Virus record (IMG/VR): IMGVR_UViG_3300017902_000440
Span: 1 to 45,983 of that record
Source of the DNA: a virus
Taxonomy: Duplodnaviria; Caudoviricetes
Strand: one strand, 5' to 3'
Length of the DNA stretch: 45,983 nt
Below, piece after piece: positions 44,277 through 45,983 of the stretch; position 1 is the stretch's first letter, and each line of letters begins with the position of its first letter. The notes beneath the pieces were generated by a model that worked only from the letters and a program-made list of their open reading frames with translations, searched no databases and was not told where the DNA came from. A program made the position numbers and the translations under genes.

Positions 44277-44630
44277 ATGAAAGGTTTCCTTTTGAGAAGT
44301 AAACTCGGTAGATGGTTTTTCTTTTGGTTTGTCATCTTTCTGTTTGTGTTCACTAGTTTCCCTGCTGCTGCGTTGGGCAAACGTGAGGAAGGTGTTCTGC
44401 TCGGTGTGGGTGGCATGTTATTGCTAAACGAGATTGATCGGAACAGAACTGGAGTTTATAGGGGCGAGAGACACCCCCATAATGAGTTTCCAAGATTCCG
44501 ATGTTACGGTGATGCGATTACCTGTTCTTTTGAGAAAGGTGTTTATGACCGTGAGTTGAATGACTATTATCAAAGACAGTATCGGGCTTACCGATGCGGG
44601 CGATATGGGGAGTGTGAACCACATGAGTAA
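44277..44630 (+). CDS. secreted or membrane protein
   Basis: GGAGG RBS; signal peptide; glycine-rich hydrophobic segment; four Cys. Confidence 0.7.
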   Translation: MKGFLLRSKLGRWFFFWFVIFLFVFTSFPAAALGKREEGVLLGVGGMLLLNEIDRNRTGVYRGERHPHNEFPRFRCYGDAITCSFEKGVYDRELNDYYQRQYRAYRCGRYGECEPHE

Positions 44631-44823
44631 GATGGGACAGTTTGTTATGGAGTGCCAGCAGATTGCAATGCAGTCTGAGTCCGTGGCAGAAGTGAAGGCG
44701 GAGTGCAAAAAGAGTTTCGCTGATAGGGGTCTTGTCGAGTATGCCACTGATACAGCAGTAAAGTATTACGGGCAACTTGACGGTGACCCAGCTGGATCAA
44801 TCTATGAGGACATACCATTTTGA
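44623..44823 (+). CDS. hypothetical protein
   Basis: MSKMGQFVME.Q start; ends EDIPF. Confidence 0.7.
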   Translation: MSKMGQFVMECQQIAMQSESVAEVKAECKKSFADRGLVEYATDTAVKYYGQLDGDPAGSIYEDIPF

Positions 44824-45311
44824 GTATTTCTATCGCCACCAAGGGCGGCAACAAATTTCAAAAACACATAGTGACCCAAACTGCCAATTGGTGTCTGGGT
44901 CAACTTATGCCACGCATCAAAAAAATCTACATTGATATTCATCTACGCAATATCAAAGATGCTGACGGGTATTGTTCATGCGATTCGATTGATGATGACG
45001 ATTTTGTAGGCCGTTCCCCAAGATCATATACACTGGAGATTGATAAATCTCTGTCACTCACTGAGATGGTATCCACCACCATACACGAAATGGTTCATGT
45101 GAAACAGTATGTGTTCTGTGAACTTAGAGATGTCAGTGCCAAGGCGAACGGTTGGAAGTCTCAACTTGTTTCTTGTGATGTGAAGTATGAAGACCAGCCG
45201 TGGGAGAAAGAGGCATACCGACTACAGGAAAAACTGTTGGTGCAGTGTCTTACTGAGGCAGTCTTTCAAACTGACGTTGATAAAAACGGATTCGCTCACA
45301 ATCGTGTATAA
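44820..45311 (+). CDS. zincin-like metallopeptidase
   Basis: TIHEMVHVKQY (HExxH), Y.DQPWEKEAY. Confidence 0.85.
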   Translation: MSISIATKGGNKFQKHIVTQTANWCLGQLMPRIKKIYIDIHLRNIKDADGYCSCDSIDDDDFVGRSPRSYTLEIDKSLSLTEMVSTTIHEMVHVKQYVFCELRDVSAKANGWKSQLVSCDVKYEDQPWEKEAYRLQEKLLVQCLTEAVFQTDVDKNGFAHNRV

Positions 45312-45317
45312 AACCCC

Positions 45318-45346
45318 TTGACAACTCCCTAGTTTTTTAGTATTAT
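45318..45346 (+). promoter_or_regulatory. sigma70-like promoter
   Basis: TTGACA-17 nt-TATTAT. Confidence 0.8.
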
Positions 45347-45432
45347 AAGTAGTATTGTGATGAAGCAACTTAACGTTGCCTCTCTCACAATTAAACTTAA
45401 CTAAACTTACCTTAACGGTAAAGGAGACTATT

Positions 45433-45983
45433 ATGAATGCTGTCCAGCTAGCTTTGGTCAATGACCACACTCAAACTGATCCCCAAGATTACCTTTTATC
45501 AATTGAAGAAACCGTGCCAGTTCACATTTCTACGTTTCTTGATGAATGGTTGCATGACCGCAGACACATCAATAAAACACCAGATGACATGCGTGTTGCT
45601 CATGGTTGGTCAACCACAGGAATTGAACCAGAAATAAATTATACATGGGATGATATTCTATCAAGGATAGAACAAGACCCAGACAAACAATTTAGTTTGC
45701 ATGGATGTAGTATACCTATAAGTTCTGTTTGGGTTTTTCCTAAATTTAATAGGTTGCCTGAACCTACTCAGTGTCAAAACAATTTGAATGACAATCCACT
45801 TGGAAAGGGTTTGTCTTATCAGGCTTTGGGTTCTCCGCAGTTTTTCCTTGTTAAAATTGATGGCGAAATTGCCTGCATGGCAGTGTCCGGCAGCCACCGT
45901 TCAATCAAGTGTATATTTCAATTTGGATATGAGGGATTCATCCCAGGCGCTAATGTTATATATGTTGGTTCTCTTGAGTTGGA
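45433..45983 (+). CDS. 5' part of a possible ParB/DGQHR-like protein (runs off the window)
   Basis: AAGGAG RBS, open frame to the window end; FNR and MAVSGSHR resemble the ParB-N GxHR motif; absent from the ORF track because it has no stop. Confidence 0.6.
   Translation, partial: MNAVQLALVNDHTQTDPQDYLLSIEETVPVHISTFLDEWLHDRRHINKTPDDMRVAHGWSTTGIEPEINYTWDDILSRIEQDPDKQFSLHGCSIPISSVWVFPKFNRLPEPTQCQNNLNDNPLGKGLSYQALGSPQFFLVKIDGEIACMAVSGSHRSIKCIFQFGYEGFIPGANVIYVGSLEL

Noticed and set aside
295-45897. Numerous minus-strand ORFs in the track (e.g. 12768-13283, 32042-32620, 40069-40737)
   Set aside because: They overlap well-supported + strand genes, lack RBSs and recognisable motifs, and look like antisense shadows
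1-45983. tRNA genes, CRISPR arrays, integrase/transposase, alternative genetic code
   Set aside because: By eye I found no cloverleaf or T-loop consensus, no regularly spaced direct repeats and no recombinase motifs. Core genes read through intact in the standard code, and all three stop codons are used as stops. A tRNAscan/CRISPR tool run would be needed to be certain

Overview
A 46-kb segment of a large T4-like (Tevenvirinae-type, probably marine) myophage genome. All credible genes are on the + strand. It contains T4 core genes: primase gp61, RNase H, thyX, nrdA/glutaredoxin/nrdB, dCMP deaminase, a GIY-YIG DenA-like nuclease, a gp30.2-like HAD phosphatase and a T4-type lysozyme. T4 late promoters (TATAAATA) precede a late/virion block at about 1.2-16.7 kb, and near-consensus sigma70 promoters precede early gene clusters at about 29.8-46 kb. 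The best candidate for an undescribed system is a late-expressed, apparently capsid-targeted enzyme set: an RNA-ligase-like KxDG nucleotidyltransferase, an NMNAT-like HIGH nucleotidyltransferase, and a PNK/zeta-like kinase fused to a polyprotein punctuated by gp21-type cleavage sites. Other notable items are a dispersed glycan-modification toolkit (3 GT-like paralogues, 3 SGNH-like, 2 sulfotransferase-like, 2 methyltransferases, a B12 radical SAM enzyme, a QueC-like protein), a lipoprotein cytochrome c, a hendecad-repeat lipoprotein, a repeated inverted-repeat/promoter cassette, a lone antisense promoter over an origin-like region, a structured RNA candidate and many tiny membrane proteins. 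Family and DUF names are from motif recognition and memory, not from a database search.
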